A stretch of DNA of 64,000 nt from Malacoraja senta (lineage: Eukaryota): assembly GCA_038087875.1 (NCBI GenBank), contig CM075989.1, positions 8,062,001 to 8,126,000 of the forward strand, written 5' to 3'. The notes below the pieces were generated by a model that did no database searches, had not been told where the DNA came from, and worked only from the letters and a program-made list of their open reading frames with translations. The position numbers were made by a program, and so were the translations under genes. Each line of letters begins with the position of its first letter. Positions within the stretch are counted from its first letter, which is position 1. Positions 9,462 to 22,647 of the stretch are shown piece by piece.

Positions 9462-11954
9462 ACATTGAATTTGACTGAATATCAAATGCTCACTTACTTT
9501 GCAACCTCCAATACATCCCTGAAGGGATTTCAGTTCAAAAATTAAAATTGATCTCAAACCTGCAGACATTGATATTTGCCACTGATATTCACATCGATAT
9601 ATGACCCCCTCAAAAAGATAGCCAATATTATGAATGAGCTGTACCACACTGGCCACGTCCTCATTTCACTCCAGCATCTGCAGTCTCTTGCGTCGCTTGG
9701 GTTTCGGTCAACCTTGGTGCAAAGGGATTTCAGTTCAATAACACTGATGTTGTAGCCAAGAATTGCAAACATGCCAATGCAACCAAGTGTATCCATTGTC
9801 GAAAGTTACCTTCATAAGAAGAGTTGCCTCGCAAAGGCATCTGACACCTGTACACATTGTCCCTCCATAAAGTAGTTACTTAGAGACACACATCAGTGCA
9901 CCCAAAACAGGGAGAGTTAAGATTAACAGAGGGAAATATTTATCAGAATGGTTAGCAATATGAAATAGATTCCATGCTACACTGGTTCATCTCTAGAATT
10001 CTCTGCCCAAATGTAATGTGGAGTCCAGCTCATTCAAAGTATTTAAAGTGCATTTAAAGTAAATAATATTTTGAAGGAAAAAGGGGTTGAGGACTCTGGG
10101 ATTCTGGCACAGAGAGATTTGAGTGGTGGGGTAGTTCAGCCATGATCACATTGGATGGAACAGCCACAAGGGGCCGAGTGGCCTCCCCTGTTCCTATTTC
10201 CTTGTAAAAAAACACATAAAGTGCTGAAGTAACTCAGCAGGTCAGGCAGCATCTCTGGAGAACAGGGATAGGTGACGTATTGGGTTGGGATCCTTCTTCA
10301 GACTGACGTGAAATGTCTCATATCCATGTTCTCCAGAGATTAGTACAGGTGTTGGATGTTACGGAGAGAAGGCAGGAGAATGGGGTTGAGAGGGAACGAT
10401 AGATCAGCCATGATTGAATGGCGGAGTGGCCTTGATGGGCCGATTGGCCTAATTCTGCTCCTATAACTTATGAACATGAGATGCTGCCTGAACGGCTGAG
10501 CTGCTCCAGCACTTTGTGCCTTATTTTGTACATGACCATCTGCAGTTCCTTGTTCCTACCACGACCGAATCTCTACTGATTTTCATCATTCATTCTTTGT
10601 TTTTCCCTTTTGATCTGCACTTTCTCTGTTGCTGTAGCACAAGTTTGAAGAAGGGCCCAGACCCAAAACGTTGCGTATTCATGTTCTCCAGAGATGCTGC
10701 TTGACCCGAGAGTTTTACTCCAGCACTTTGTATCTTCTTTTTGTAAACCAGCATCAGCAGTTCCTTGAGTCTCCTATTTTGTGAAGCTCTGGTGATGTGA
10801 TTTGATGTGAATCGGCTGGATACAACAACAAGGGATAGAGGGGCTGCTGGACACAGGGGCAATGAGGAGCCAAATTACCTTTACTCACCTTTGTTTTTTT
10901 ATGTTTAAGAAAGAACTGCAGATGCTGGAAAAATCGAAGGTAGACAAAATATGCTGGAGAAACACAGCGGGCGAGGCAGCATCTATGGGGAGAGGGAATT
11001 GGCGACGTTTCGGGTCAAGACCCTTCTTCAGATTGCCGTATTTTAAGTTGTGCATAGAGAAAGTTTTCCACTGCAGTTTGCAGCGCTTAAAATGCAGCTA
11101 CTTGCAGTAGTTAAGACGCTATGTAAAGTATCGTTTAATGACTTTTAAAACCGGTTGAACAGGCTTCCTATTTTTGATTACAAAGCATTAGTTTGCTGAG
11201 TCAGCAAATCTCAGATAAAAGGTTGGAATTAGTTCTGCCTAAATCATAGTATCTCAATGAAAAAGACTCTAAAACTGGCTGATGCCATGTCAATGTGCGC
11301 ATGTGGGAGTTGGGTAGAGCTGAAATGATGAGTATAATCAAGGTCAAAGAGAGATAACTAGACAAGGATGATTAAATGTTCTGTAAAACACTGTTGCTCA
11401 ATTGTGGGAATGGCATCACTGGAATGCGGGCAGTCAGGCCTGAAGCATTGTTACACCAGAAATACCGATGGTTTGGATCCTCTGAGGATCAGAGCAGTTT
11501 TACTCTAGTTTAGTTTAGTTTAGAGATACAGTGCGGAAACAGGCCCTTCTGCCCTCTGAGTCCGCGCCGTCCAGCGATCCCCGTTTACTGGCACTGTCCT
11601 ACTTACAATCGGGACAATGTACGATTTTACCAAGCGTGGGAGGTGATCGGCGCACCCAAAGAAAACCCACGCAGGTTACGGGGAGAACGTACATACTCTG
11701 TATAGACATTTGTCAACAAGAGTTTATTAACTTGGTTTGATTATCAGGCGATTTGGAAATTTAGCTGTATCGGTTTTAAATGTGAGGCAATGGACCAGTT
11801 TTGCGGATATCAGTGCAATGATACCGTTAACGGAAGCCTTGTGTTAAATAGCTGGCAGTTCAATTATTGATAGGAACATAGAGATGGGAGCAGGAAATGA
11901 CACAGAGCTTCACTGGAAGCACAGGCATCATAAAGGGTGAGACCAATCGACTGG

Positions 11955-12375
11955 TCTGAGCTATAGGGAGAGGTTCAGCAGGCTGGGACTCTATTCCTTG
12001 GAGCGCAGGAGGATAAGGGATGGCCTTATAGAGGGGTACAAGATCATGAGAGGAACAGGTCAGGTAATCTTGCCCAGAGTTGGGGTATCAAAAACTAGAG
12101 GACGCAGGTTTAAAGTCAGGGGTGAGAGATTTAATAGGAACCCGAGGGGTAACTTTTTAAGACCAAGGGTGGTGAGTGTATAGAATGAGCTGCTGGAGGA
12201 GGTAGTTGAGGCAGGCACAATCACAATTTAGACAGGTACATGAAGAGGGTAGGTTTAGAGGGATATGGCCCAAACGCAGGCAGATGGGACGAGTGTAGAT
12301 GGGGCATGTTGGTCGGCATGGGCAAATTGGGCCACAGGGCCTGTTTCCACACTGTACGACCCTGTAACTCTATGA
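11955..12375 (+). mobile_element. CR1/HER1-type LINE 3' fragment
   Basis: ERRRIRDGLIEGYKIMRG...TRGRRFKVRGERF remnant and shared tail. Confidence 0.82.
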
Positions 12376-15300
12376 CTTTTTTCAGTTGGGAATCCAATGG
12401 AACGACCTGAAGAAACAACGAAAAATCCTCCATGTGTTGGGCCCTGCCGCCATTATTAAAGATAATTTTCTGTACTCTATTACTATTTGTGAAATGTTGC
12501 CGTGTGCAATTTAGTTGCTGTTTCTCACTCAGCAACAGTGTCCTCATTTATAATATCAGCGTCAGCTGCAAAATAATGCCGTGAAAATCCTCACAGAATC
12601 GCCAATCTCTCTTTCCTTCCTTTATGGATTTGCCAGCAAAGAAAGGAGTTTACTGAGCATCCAATTTTAAGTCAATTATCATGCTGGCTAAAGTAGATTG
12701 TTGTGATAACATTACCCAGCCAGTGTTGTCACCACACCAATGTTTGTATGGTGAATAAAGCAGAGAGAGTGGTAACTAACTGGTTCACTATTTGTGCCAA
12801 GAAATCGCTCATAATCAAAATACTGCAACAGGAGAGACAGGCCCAGGAAAATAACGGATACAAGAGACTAGAGATGTTGGAAACTGCAGCCAAAAAAAAA
12901 ATCAAAAACAATGCTGGAGGACACAGCGGGTGAAGCAGCATCTGTGGAGGCAGAGGGGTGGTTGAGGTTTCGGAAGAGACTTAATCTTTAGTCAGAGGGT
13001 GGTGAATCTGTGGAATTCATTGCCACAGATGGCTGTGGAGGCCAAGTCAATTTTAAGCCAGAGATTGACAGATTCCTGATTAGTAAGGGTGGCAGGGGTT
13101 ATGGAGGAATGGCAGGAGAATGAGGTTGTGAGGGAGAGATAGATCAGCCATGATGGAATGGCAGGGTGAACTTGATGGGCTGAATGGCCTAATTCTGCTC
13201 CTGTAACTTATGAAGTTATGAAGAGATCCTGCTTTAAGACAGTGATCAGAATGTTGGTGGAGGAGTATGGGTGGGTCTTTGTTCCGGAGGGAGGTGAACC
13301 TTCCTGATAGAGGAGAGAGGACTGGAGATCCACGAGGGACTTAATATTTAATGTGCTGTCCATTAGACATTCTCTTCGAAGCCTGCCCACATTGTTTCAG
13401 TGAAACAGTCCTCCACCTCTCTTCAAGCGCAGTTCTGAGTCCCTCTTTCAACATTCTTCCTCGCTGTTATTCATACTGCTCCTCTACTCTTCGACAAGAA
13501 ATGTACCGTGAAGGTTTGCATTTGTATAGCAACTTAAAATAGGAAAATGAATGTACAAAGGAGTGAGTCTCCTTTTTGGGTTTGGAGGCAACATTTGTTT
13601 GACTGCATTGCTCTTAACATTTGGGATGTTTTTAACATCTGCGGTGCTACTGAAATGTTGTTAATGGAAGCAGAATGTGTTTTGACATTGAGGAACTAGT
13701 TGGCTGCAGAAACGATGGATTGTAATTACTGTATGCTTGAGATGTATTGCTCAGATTGCCAAAACGCTACTTACTTTGTGAACCAAGTTGATATAAAACT
13801 GCTAACATTAGCAATACAGGAATTCTATGTAAAGACATTAAATTCAATTGCCCTCCCCCAAAGAGCAGCAGAGTCCAAAGAGATCTGATATCGGTGTTTT
13901 AAGATCATAAGTGATAGGAGTAGAATTAGGCCATTCGACACGTTTAGTCTACTCCGCCATTCAATCATGGCTGATCTATCTCTCCCTCCTAACCCCATTC
14001 TCCTGCCTTCTCTCCATAACCTCTGACACCCGTTAAAGTCGTAAAATAAACAGTAGGGTGGGTTTAGTCAGATTCTATCGGCAAAGAACAAAGGCTGATA
14101 GACAAAATGTCAAAGAGTTGGAAGGAACTGCAAATGCTGGTTTTATACCGAAGGTAGACACAAAATGCTGGAGTAACTTAGCAGGTCAGGCAGCATCACT
14201 GGAGAAAAGGAATAGGTGACTTTGTGGGTTGATACCCTTCTTCAGACAGAGAAACAGATGGCTGAGGAAACTCCTACCCCCTATCACCCCTTTCTTTCCC
14301 GCGGCCCCCACTGCCACCATGATCTGCTTCCATTTTCCCACCATCTCCCACTAGAGCCGAGTCACCTTGCTCTTGTCCCTTCCTCCGTACACTCATCTCT
14401 CATCTCCCTCATTTCTCTTTTTTCTCCCCTCTTTCCCCTCCCATTTATCTTCTTCTACCCACATCCCTCCCTCTGGATTTACATTTCATTCCTCCTCTCC
14501 TCTTCTTATCTGATATCTCTAGCCTTTGTCACTTGCTCCAACCATTTGGCAATCACCGCCGCACATATGCACCTATCACTTGCCAGGCTTCGTCCTGCCC
14601 CCACCTCCCTCTTGCAGCTTTCTCCACCCTACTCCAATCAGTCTGAAAAAGGGTCCTGACCCGAAAGATCACCTATCCATTCCCCTCCACAGATACTGCC
14701 TGGCCCACAGAGTTCCTCCAGCACTTTGGGTTTTGCTCAGAATTCCAGCATCTGCAGTCCCTCATGTCTTCACATTGAGCTATCTCATCAGTTTCACTAC
14801 CAATGAATTTGTGCCAGTGTTTCTTAATCCTTTAATCCCATTTAAAACTGGCAAAGAATAATTTATTATTCCACAGACTATATAAGCCTTTATTCTTCCA
14901 TAAAGTCCTGGTCGGTGTGGTTTCCTAGCGGCTGCTGTTTAATATTCTATTTCTTATTTGACCTCAGAGTTCACTGCGTTTCTCATTTATTCTCTGGTCC
15001 ATGTTCATTGTTGTCAAAATATAAAGTAATCAATGTAGTGAATGCCAAAACCCAGCAGTTTGCTACTGAATAATGTTTGGCAGAATTACTCTCTGCTCCA
15101 CATAATAAAGACTTGGACTTTTGCAGAGACACTCACAAACATTTTAGCACACACCAAAGTGATTTACAGCCATTTTTCAGTTGAGGGTGTGGACGCAATG
15201 AAAATATGTAATGGCATAGGAACACCAGTGTACTCCAAAGACGTACAGGCTTGTAGGCTAATTGGCGTAGTAAAGTTGTAAATTGTCCCTAGTGTGTGCA

Positions 15301-15589
15301 GGATAGTGTACGGGGATCGCTGTTCGGCGCAGACTCAGTGGGGCGAAGAGGCTGTTTCCACGCTGTATCTCTAAACTAAACTAAACTAAACCAAATGGAA
15401 CTAAATTAAACTAAACTGTGCCAAAAAGAGCAGATACTCTGCTTTTGGAAGAATTAAAGTAAAACATTTGACCAGGTCACAAGAGGCAACCCGACCTTCA
15501 CAATTCCACCACTTCAAAATATTGCCACAGGATATTTTTGCATGCATCTGTGAAGACATGCAGAAGCATGCATTACCATTTCATCCCAA

Positions 15590-15712
15590 AGGCAGCATTT
15601 CTGATGGTGCAGCACTCCCTCGGCATGGTTGTCCATGGAATGTCCACCTGAATTCTTGAGGTCAAGTCCTTCGAATGCACCCACTTCTGACTTGGAAGTG
15701 ACGGATTAAAAC
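15590..15712 (+). mobile_element. Ancient Deu-domain SINE fragment (AmnSINE/SacSINE-like)
   Basis: gcagcatttctgatggtgcagcactccctc...aatgtccacctgaatt resembles the recalled Deu core gacagtgcagcactccctcagtactgcactggagtgtcagcctagatt. Related pieces lie near 45070 and 46350. Confidence 0.5.
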
Positions 15713-17587
15713 TAAGCAGGGTTCCATCTAGTCTCCTTAATGGATTTGATGATTCCTCTCTCCCGGTTGCTGACACTTTGAACACACATTGGTATGAAGC
15801 TGCCACTGGGCCTATTCCTTTCAGGGCAGCAAAGGGAAAGCTGGGAACCCAAAAGTGAGCTAAAGTAGAGACAGCACTAATGTAACCTGCAGAAACACGT
15901 AAAGCCAGGTCAGAATATCTCAAAGGATTTTAAAGAAGATAGACACAAAATGCTGGAGTAACTCAGCGGGTCAGGCAGCATCTCTGGGGAAAAGGGTCAG
16001 AATCCTTCAGAACAAAATATTTTGAAAGTAGTCATTTTCGTACTGTAGGAAACCGGAGGAAAAAAATTACTATAGTCTATTGTCCAACTAACCTGTTTTA
16101 TATTTTTGATTGAGACAAAACTCTCGTGGAGAACACATTCATTCTTTTTCAGAATAGTCCTACAGAATAGTTTAAATTATTTAAGGCCGGCACGGTGACG
16201 AAGCTAGTGGAACTGCTGCCACAGAGACCCGGGTTCAATCCTGATGTCGGGTGCTGTCTGTGTGGAGTTTGCATGTTCTACTCGTGGTTTTTGATCTGGG
16301 TACTCTGGTTTCATCTCACATCCTAAAGACGTGCAGGTGTGTAGGTTAATTGGCCACTGTAAATTGACCCCTAGTGTGTTGGGAGCGGATGGGAAAGTGG
16401 GATAACATAGAACTCATGTGAATGGATGATCGATGGTTGGCATGGACTAGTGGGAGGTTGACAAGTGAAAAAGGGGCATGTTGGTCGGTGTGAGCATGGG
16501 CTGAAGGGCTTGTTTCCACACTGTATGACTCAATTTTTAATCTCCATGCTCCTCTAATTCCTGACTCCTTGCACTTACCCAGTCGTGATAATTCGTGATA
16601 ATTCTTTCAGTATTCTGTAGATCCATTTCTAAATCCATTTATAATTCTAAATCTTTATAATGGTATATTATTTTCTCCAACCCCCTATTCGTATTGGGAA
16701 GAAATTAATGTTCCTCCTCCTTCAATTTCATTTTGTAATTTAGTTTTGAGATGCAGTGTGGAAAACAGGCTCTTCGGCCCATCGTGTCCGTGCCAAACGG
16801 CGGTCCCCGTACTCTAGCTCTATCCTACACATTAGGGACAATTTAAAATTTTAACTGAAGCCAAATTACCTACAACCCTGTACGGCTTCGGAGTCTGGGA
16901 GGAAACCAGAGCACCCGGAGAAAACCCACACAGTCACAGGGAGAAAGTACAAACCCCATCTCCGTATTGCTCTGTATTACTACGGTCCCTCTAGTGAAGG
17001 TAGCCTAACATCTCCTGAGATTATTCTTGACAGATTCTGTTTGACAAACTCCTGTAAACATTTTTCACCGTTAGACGCGATATTTGGATACAAGCTGTTG
17101 ACTCAATGCACTTGCCAAGAGGTTTGCCAATTGCCTTTGGCAGGATACATTAAGGTATTTTAAAAGTTAACTCTGATGGTTTATTGCTGGTTGATGAGAA
17201 TATTATTTTCCCACTGACTGAGATTAATTTGTAACTAACAGCAAGTTAAACCATTAACAGAAACTGTGCATAATCAGAAATGGTTCAATTGACCTTTGCA
17301 AATCATTCTACTTTTTCCCCTCAAGTAATAATGCGTGGAATATTACTTCACAAAAAGCAGGGAAATATGTAAACAAGTTGCAAACTGCAGCAGAGTGAAA
17401 ATGCCAAAGTGGTTTATCAATAGAAATGCACAGTCTGAGATTCACCAAGTGCTTCGTGTTGGTGTTGGGTTGTTGTAGACGGTATTTGTAAAGGGCCACT
17501 TCTGGGCATTAATAAACATCTCTGTTTCATGGTAAGACTTGGATCCTTTGCCAAATAGCTCTTGCAAACTAAAGAGTATCTACAAAC

Positions 17588-18110
17588 TAAAGATAGACAC
17601 AAAAAGCTGGAGTTACTCAGCGGGTCAGGCAGCATCTTTGGGGAAAAGGAATAGGTGATGTTTCGGGTCGAGATTCTTCTTCAGACTTGAAGTCAGGGGA
17701 GAGGGAAATGAGAGATATAGAAGGGACATGGAACAAATGAATTAAAGATATGCAAAAAGCAACGGTGATCAAGGAAAGGTAGAGCCCACAATGGTCCATT
17801 GTAGGCTGTGGGGAAGGTGATAATGAGTTATGCAAACAGTGAAACTCAACAAGAGGACAGTGAAACTAGTACGACGACTTGGGTGGGGAAGGATGGAGAG
17901 AGAGAGAGAGGATAGAAGGGTTAATTAAAGCTAGAGAAATCAATACTCATACTGCTGGGTTGTAAGCTGCCCAAGCGGAATATGAGCTGTTCCTTCAACT
18001 TGCGTTTGTAATCTACAAACTGGCAGGTCTGGGGCATGAAAGGAATATCAGGATCTGAGAGGCGACTGAGGTTGGTCAGACATGACATTGAGCGAAGAAT
18101 CTGATGCAAG
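17588..18110 (-). mobile_element. Penelope-like 3' fragment with terminal repeat
   Basis: KRKLKEQLIFRLGSLQPSSMSIDFS remnant and terminal repeat with a degenerate hammerhead core near 17657-17685. Confidence 0.78.
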
Positions 18111-19484
18111 GGCCTTAAAACTTGATCCGATTCCTTCTTCTTCCATTGAATTGTATGAATATGTGGTAACATCAACGTTTGGGTCACTGTGGAAGATCAC
18201 TAATCCACTCCCGGCATTCTGGCTCTAATCCATATTTGAAACAATCTGCAGAGAATTAACATTTTTCTTTTTGAATTGTGAACCTCATCACGATAAGAAT
18301 CTGACACTTCCCTCGTGACCCAGAAACATGCAGAGTGACCCATTAGTGGATAGAGATACAAGGAACTGCAGATGCTGGTTGACAGAAGAAGACACAAAGT
18401 GCTGGAGTAACGCATCGTTCAGGCAGCATCTCTGGAGGACCTGACTATGGGTGCTGTCTGTATGGTGTTTGTACAATCGCCCTGTGACCACGTGGGTTTT
18501 CCCCAGGTAATCCGGTTTCCTCCATTGTTCCAAAGACCTACAGATTTATAGATTAATTGGCTTTGGGGTGAGATGGGGATAGTAAAGGTGTCAGGGGTTA
18601 TGGGGTGAAGGCAGGAGAATGGGGTTGAGAGGGAAAGTCAAATCAGCCATGCTTGACATGATGGGCCGAATGGCCTAATTCTGCTCCATGAACTTATGAA
18701 CTAGTCAAGTGGCATGTGGAATCTGAGTTGCTGAAACCAGGGTGTTGTATAAATATTATGTTGTGAATTTTAAGCTATCGACTCTGGAGTTCTGCGTGTA
18801 TCACCTTACAAAGGTGTGGAGTTATAGCAACTTTTCTGCTCTTTACTTCAGTTGCTAAGGCATTACTGCAGTCAGAAGTGCCAGCTTAAACATACTTCTG
18901 TAAGTACCCCTCCAAAAGATTCCCCTCGCTAAATTTATAGGTCAGACAATGACAGTAAAACATCTGGAAATGTATGACATTACTGCTTATGTGATCATCT
19001 TATATCCAAGTTACTACTGTAAATACTGATGCATAGACTATAGAACAGTACAGCACAGGAAAAGGCCCTACAACCCACATTTATGTGTCAACCACGATGC
19101 CAGTGTAACTAAACCCATCTGCCTGCATAGATTTTGGATCCATTTATTGCCTGTCTTCAAGAGTCTGTCTAAATGCCTCATAAACATTGCTGATGTAACT
19201 GCTTCCACCACCTCCCATGGCCGGGTGTTCCAGGCACCTGCACCTCTGTGTATATAAAATGTGCTCTTTTAAACTCCCTCCCCCTCTCACCTTAAAACTA
19301 AACCACCTACTATTTGATATTTCCATTCTGGAACTAAACTAGTCCAACATGGACTAGTGGGAGGTGTGACAAGTGAAAATGGGGCATGTTGGTCGGTGTG
19401 AGAATGTTGGGCTGAAGGGCTTGTTTCCACACTGTATGACTCAAAAAGTTACTGCAATTTTTAACAAAAATTCCATTCTGTCAC

Positions 19485-20150
19485 AGTCAAGTCAAGTCAC
19501 ATTTATTTATATAGCACATTTAAAAAACAACTCTCGTTGGCCAAAGTGCTTTACATTTCTTATAAGAATAGTATAAACAAACAAACTATAGTACATACAT
19601 ATATACATATAGCCCTCGCTCAGAGGACGTCAAGAAAGGCTTGGGAGTATAGATAAGTTTTTAGTCTTGATTTAAAGGAGTCGATGGAGGGGGTAGTTCT
19701 GATGGGAAGGGGGATGCTGTTCCACAGTCTAGGAGCTGCAACCGCAAAGGCGCGGTCGCCCCTGAGCTTATGCCTAGACCGCGGGATATTCAGCAACCCC
19801 AAGTCGGCCGATCTGAGGGACCTGAAGGTGGAGTGGTGGGTGAGAAGACTTTTGATGTAGGTGGGGGCAAGCCCATTGAGGGCTTTGTAGACATGGAGGA
19901 GGATCTTGAAAAGTATACGGAACCGCACAGGGAGCCAGTGGAGAGAGGCCAGGATCGGGGTGATGTGGTTCCTTTTTCGGGTGCCCGTCAGGAGTCTCGC
20001 TGCAGCGTTTTGGACCAGTTGCAGGCGGGACAGGGAAGATTGGCTGATGCCAGTGTAAAGGGAGTTGCAGTAATCTAGGCGGGAGGAGATAAATGTGTGG
20101 ATGATCTTTTCGAGGTCATCAAAGTGGAGGAATTGTTTTATTTTAGCTAT
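19485..20150 (-). mobile_element. L2-clade LINE 3' end (young copy, uninterrupted ORF2 C-terminus)
   Basis: IAKIKQFL...SRLDYCNSL...LQLVQNAAARLL...HITPILASLHWLPV...YSQAFLDVL* with no stops; (CTTGA)n tail. Confidence 0.92.
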
Positions 20151-20654
20151 TCTGGAAGAAAATCTCTGGCTCTCTACCTTATCTATGCCTCTCATAATTG
20201 TTTTAATATTTCCATCAGGTCACCCCCCTTCAGGGAGTAAGGCTGCATCTAAGGAGAGAGAAATGGAGTTCAAAGTTCATGTTTGAGAACTGGGGACTAT
20301 AAATAATTTGAATTTTATAACAGTTTAAGTTTAGAGTTTTTAGAGAGACCGCATGGAAACATGTCCCTTTGGCCCACCAGGTCCACACCAACCACCCATC
20401 ACCCATTCACACTAGTTCTATCTAGAGAAGGGTCTCATGACTCCATAAGTTGTAGGAGCAGGAAAACCCCCATAGAAATAAATGCAATTTCAACTTTAAC
20501 AAGTTTACTGTTTGCATCAACAAAGTTATTACCCAACCCAACTTGTATAACCTGCCAATCTGCTTTTTACTTTGTAAGATTTAATATTCTATACAAAAGA
20601 ATGTGGCCCGTCTATCTGAATGTTTGAGGTTAGGCTCAATTAAGAAACATTGCA

Positions 20655-20950
20655 GCGACGCAGCGGTAGAGTTGCTGCCTTACAGCGCCACAGTCCATGG
20701 TTCGATCCTGACTAGGGGTGCTGTCTGTACGGTGTTTGTACAATCTCCCTGTGACCGCGTGGGTTTTCCCCGGGTAATCCGGTTTCCTCCATGGTTCCAA
20801 AGACCTACAGATTTATAGATTAATTGGCTTTGGGGAATACAAATTGTGAATTGTCCCTAGTGTGTAGGATGGTGCTAGTGTGTGGGGATTGCTGGTCGGG
20901 GTGGATTTGGTGGGCTGAAGGTCTTGTTTCCACACTGTATCTCTAAGGTC
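20655..20950 (+). mobile_element. V-SINE (HE1-like)
   Basis: gcagcggtagagttgctgcc A-box region, ggttcgatcc B-box, body and LINE-derived tail. Confidence 0.85.
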
Positions 20951-21663
20951 TAAATTCCAAAACATGGTGGGCTCTGTACTTGGGGGGAAATGGAAGTCAA
21001 GGAGTTTGAAGGGACCACTTCAAAGTTATCCTGTAATCATCATGAGAGCTATAGCACATAATGCATTATATAATTTGTGTTACTTAACAGGGCATCAGTA
21101 ACATCACTGTCCTTATTATCTAAATGTTAACATAATTGGGTTATGCAAAAGATGCATTAAATTCATAAGATGTTCCCTGTGGTTATTCTGGAAGTATTAG
21201 TGCTATGATTTAATTTTCAGGCTTTTAGATTTATTTAAAAAATCTAGACTTGCAAGAATTTTCACAAACTATTTAAGGATGGGCCTTAAAGCTTTCTTTG
21301 TAATATCACGAGACCCAAATTGTTTATAAAATGGCATGTTTGTCTGACTCGATTCCTGATGCTATCATTCATTCAATGAAGGCTCGACTTGTTGTCTCGT
21401 TATGTGCTTCTCCTCTTCCTTAATGATGTACGTAGAACATAGAACAGTACAGCACAGGAACAGGCCCTTCAGCCCACAATGTCTATCCTGAACCTGAATC
21501 CAAGATAAAGTCTACTCCCCTGCCTCCAGGTGATCCATACCCCGATACCACTGATTTCTCTGGGACGGACGTCCATTTCAAGAGTCTGCACAAAAGCAAA
21601 ACAAGATCCCATTATCATCATTTAAATATATATATATATTTTGTTGCCCATTCCTAAATATCT

Positions 21664-21945
21664 GGGCACAGCGGTAGAGTTGCTGCCTTACAGCGCTTGC
21701 AGCGCCGGAGACCCGGGTTCGATCCCGACTACGGGTGCTGTCTGTACGGAGTTTGTACGTTCTCCCTGTGACCGCATGGTCCCACACTCCAAAGACGTAC
21801 GTGTTTGTAGGTTAATTGGCTTGGTGTATGCGTAAATTTTCCCTAGTGTGTGTAGGATAGTGTTAATGTGTGGGGGTCGGTGCGGACCCGGTGGGCCGAA
21901 GGGCCTGTTTCCGCACTATATCGCTAAAACTGAAAACTAAAAACC
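21664..21945 (+). mobile_element. V-SINE (HE1-like)
   Basis: Same head, body and tail. Further copies start near 5670, 11505, 15230, 16186, 16740, 24355, 27130, 35230, 41005, 47170, 54215, 54595 and 59347. Confidence 0.85.
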
Positions 21946-22074
21946 TTTGAACCTCCAGGGGAGATTTAGAGCCAGTTGTCCAACTTAGGGTTGGAGTCAC
22001 ATATATGCCAGAAAGCATATGTGGCAGATTTCTACACTAGAAGATAAGAGAACCACAACAAACATTAGTAAAAA

Positions 22075-22480
22075 CTAGACCAAGTGGGACCTGTTGGGTC
22101 CCGTACGCTCAACATGCGGTTGCGGGGGGGGGGGGGGGGGGGCGCAGCCTGCGGAGTCACACACACACTAACCACCCCCCTTACACACACACAACCCCCC
22201 CTTGATATTATATTAATATTATTCACTTGCTCCTTTTCCCCCATCCCCTGCCCTATCAACTCACGTATAGCCCCCAACTGCGCAGGCACAGTTAGAGAGG
22301 GAGAGGGAGGGGGGTAGAGAGGGAGGAGGAGGGGGTAAAGAGGGAGAGGGTGAGGGGGGTAGAGAGGGAGTAGAGGAAGGGGAGGGGGGTAGAGAGGGAG
22401 AGTGAGGGGGTAGAGATTGAGGGTTAGGGGGGGGCGCGCGGCATCACAGGGGAGGGCTGGTCCCCGAAGGCAATACTCCA
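22075..22480 (-). mobile_element. Helitron-like non-autonomous element, 3' end
   Basis: Minus strand ends GGGACC-caaca-GGTCCC-acttggt-CTAG|T, a GC hairpin just upstream of a CTAG terminus followed by T. The interior has G-rich tandem repeats. A 5' TC end was not identified. Confidence 0.65.
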
Positions 22481-22647
22481 CCAAGATGAGGTGTTCCATG
22501 CAAGGACATCTCTCCTCATTCTTTAGGGAATGGGAGTTCTCCTAACACAGATGAGGCCCTCACACGTGTCTCCTCTGTATCCCGTAGCTCCGCTCTTGCT
22601 CCCCCTCTCCCCCAGTCGCACCAGAGACAGGGTCCCCCTCGAAGGAA

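Noticed and set aside
21664..21735. tRNA-like sequences at SINE heads
   Set aside because: They continue into the SINE body and tail and do not form full cloverleaves.
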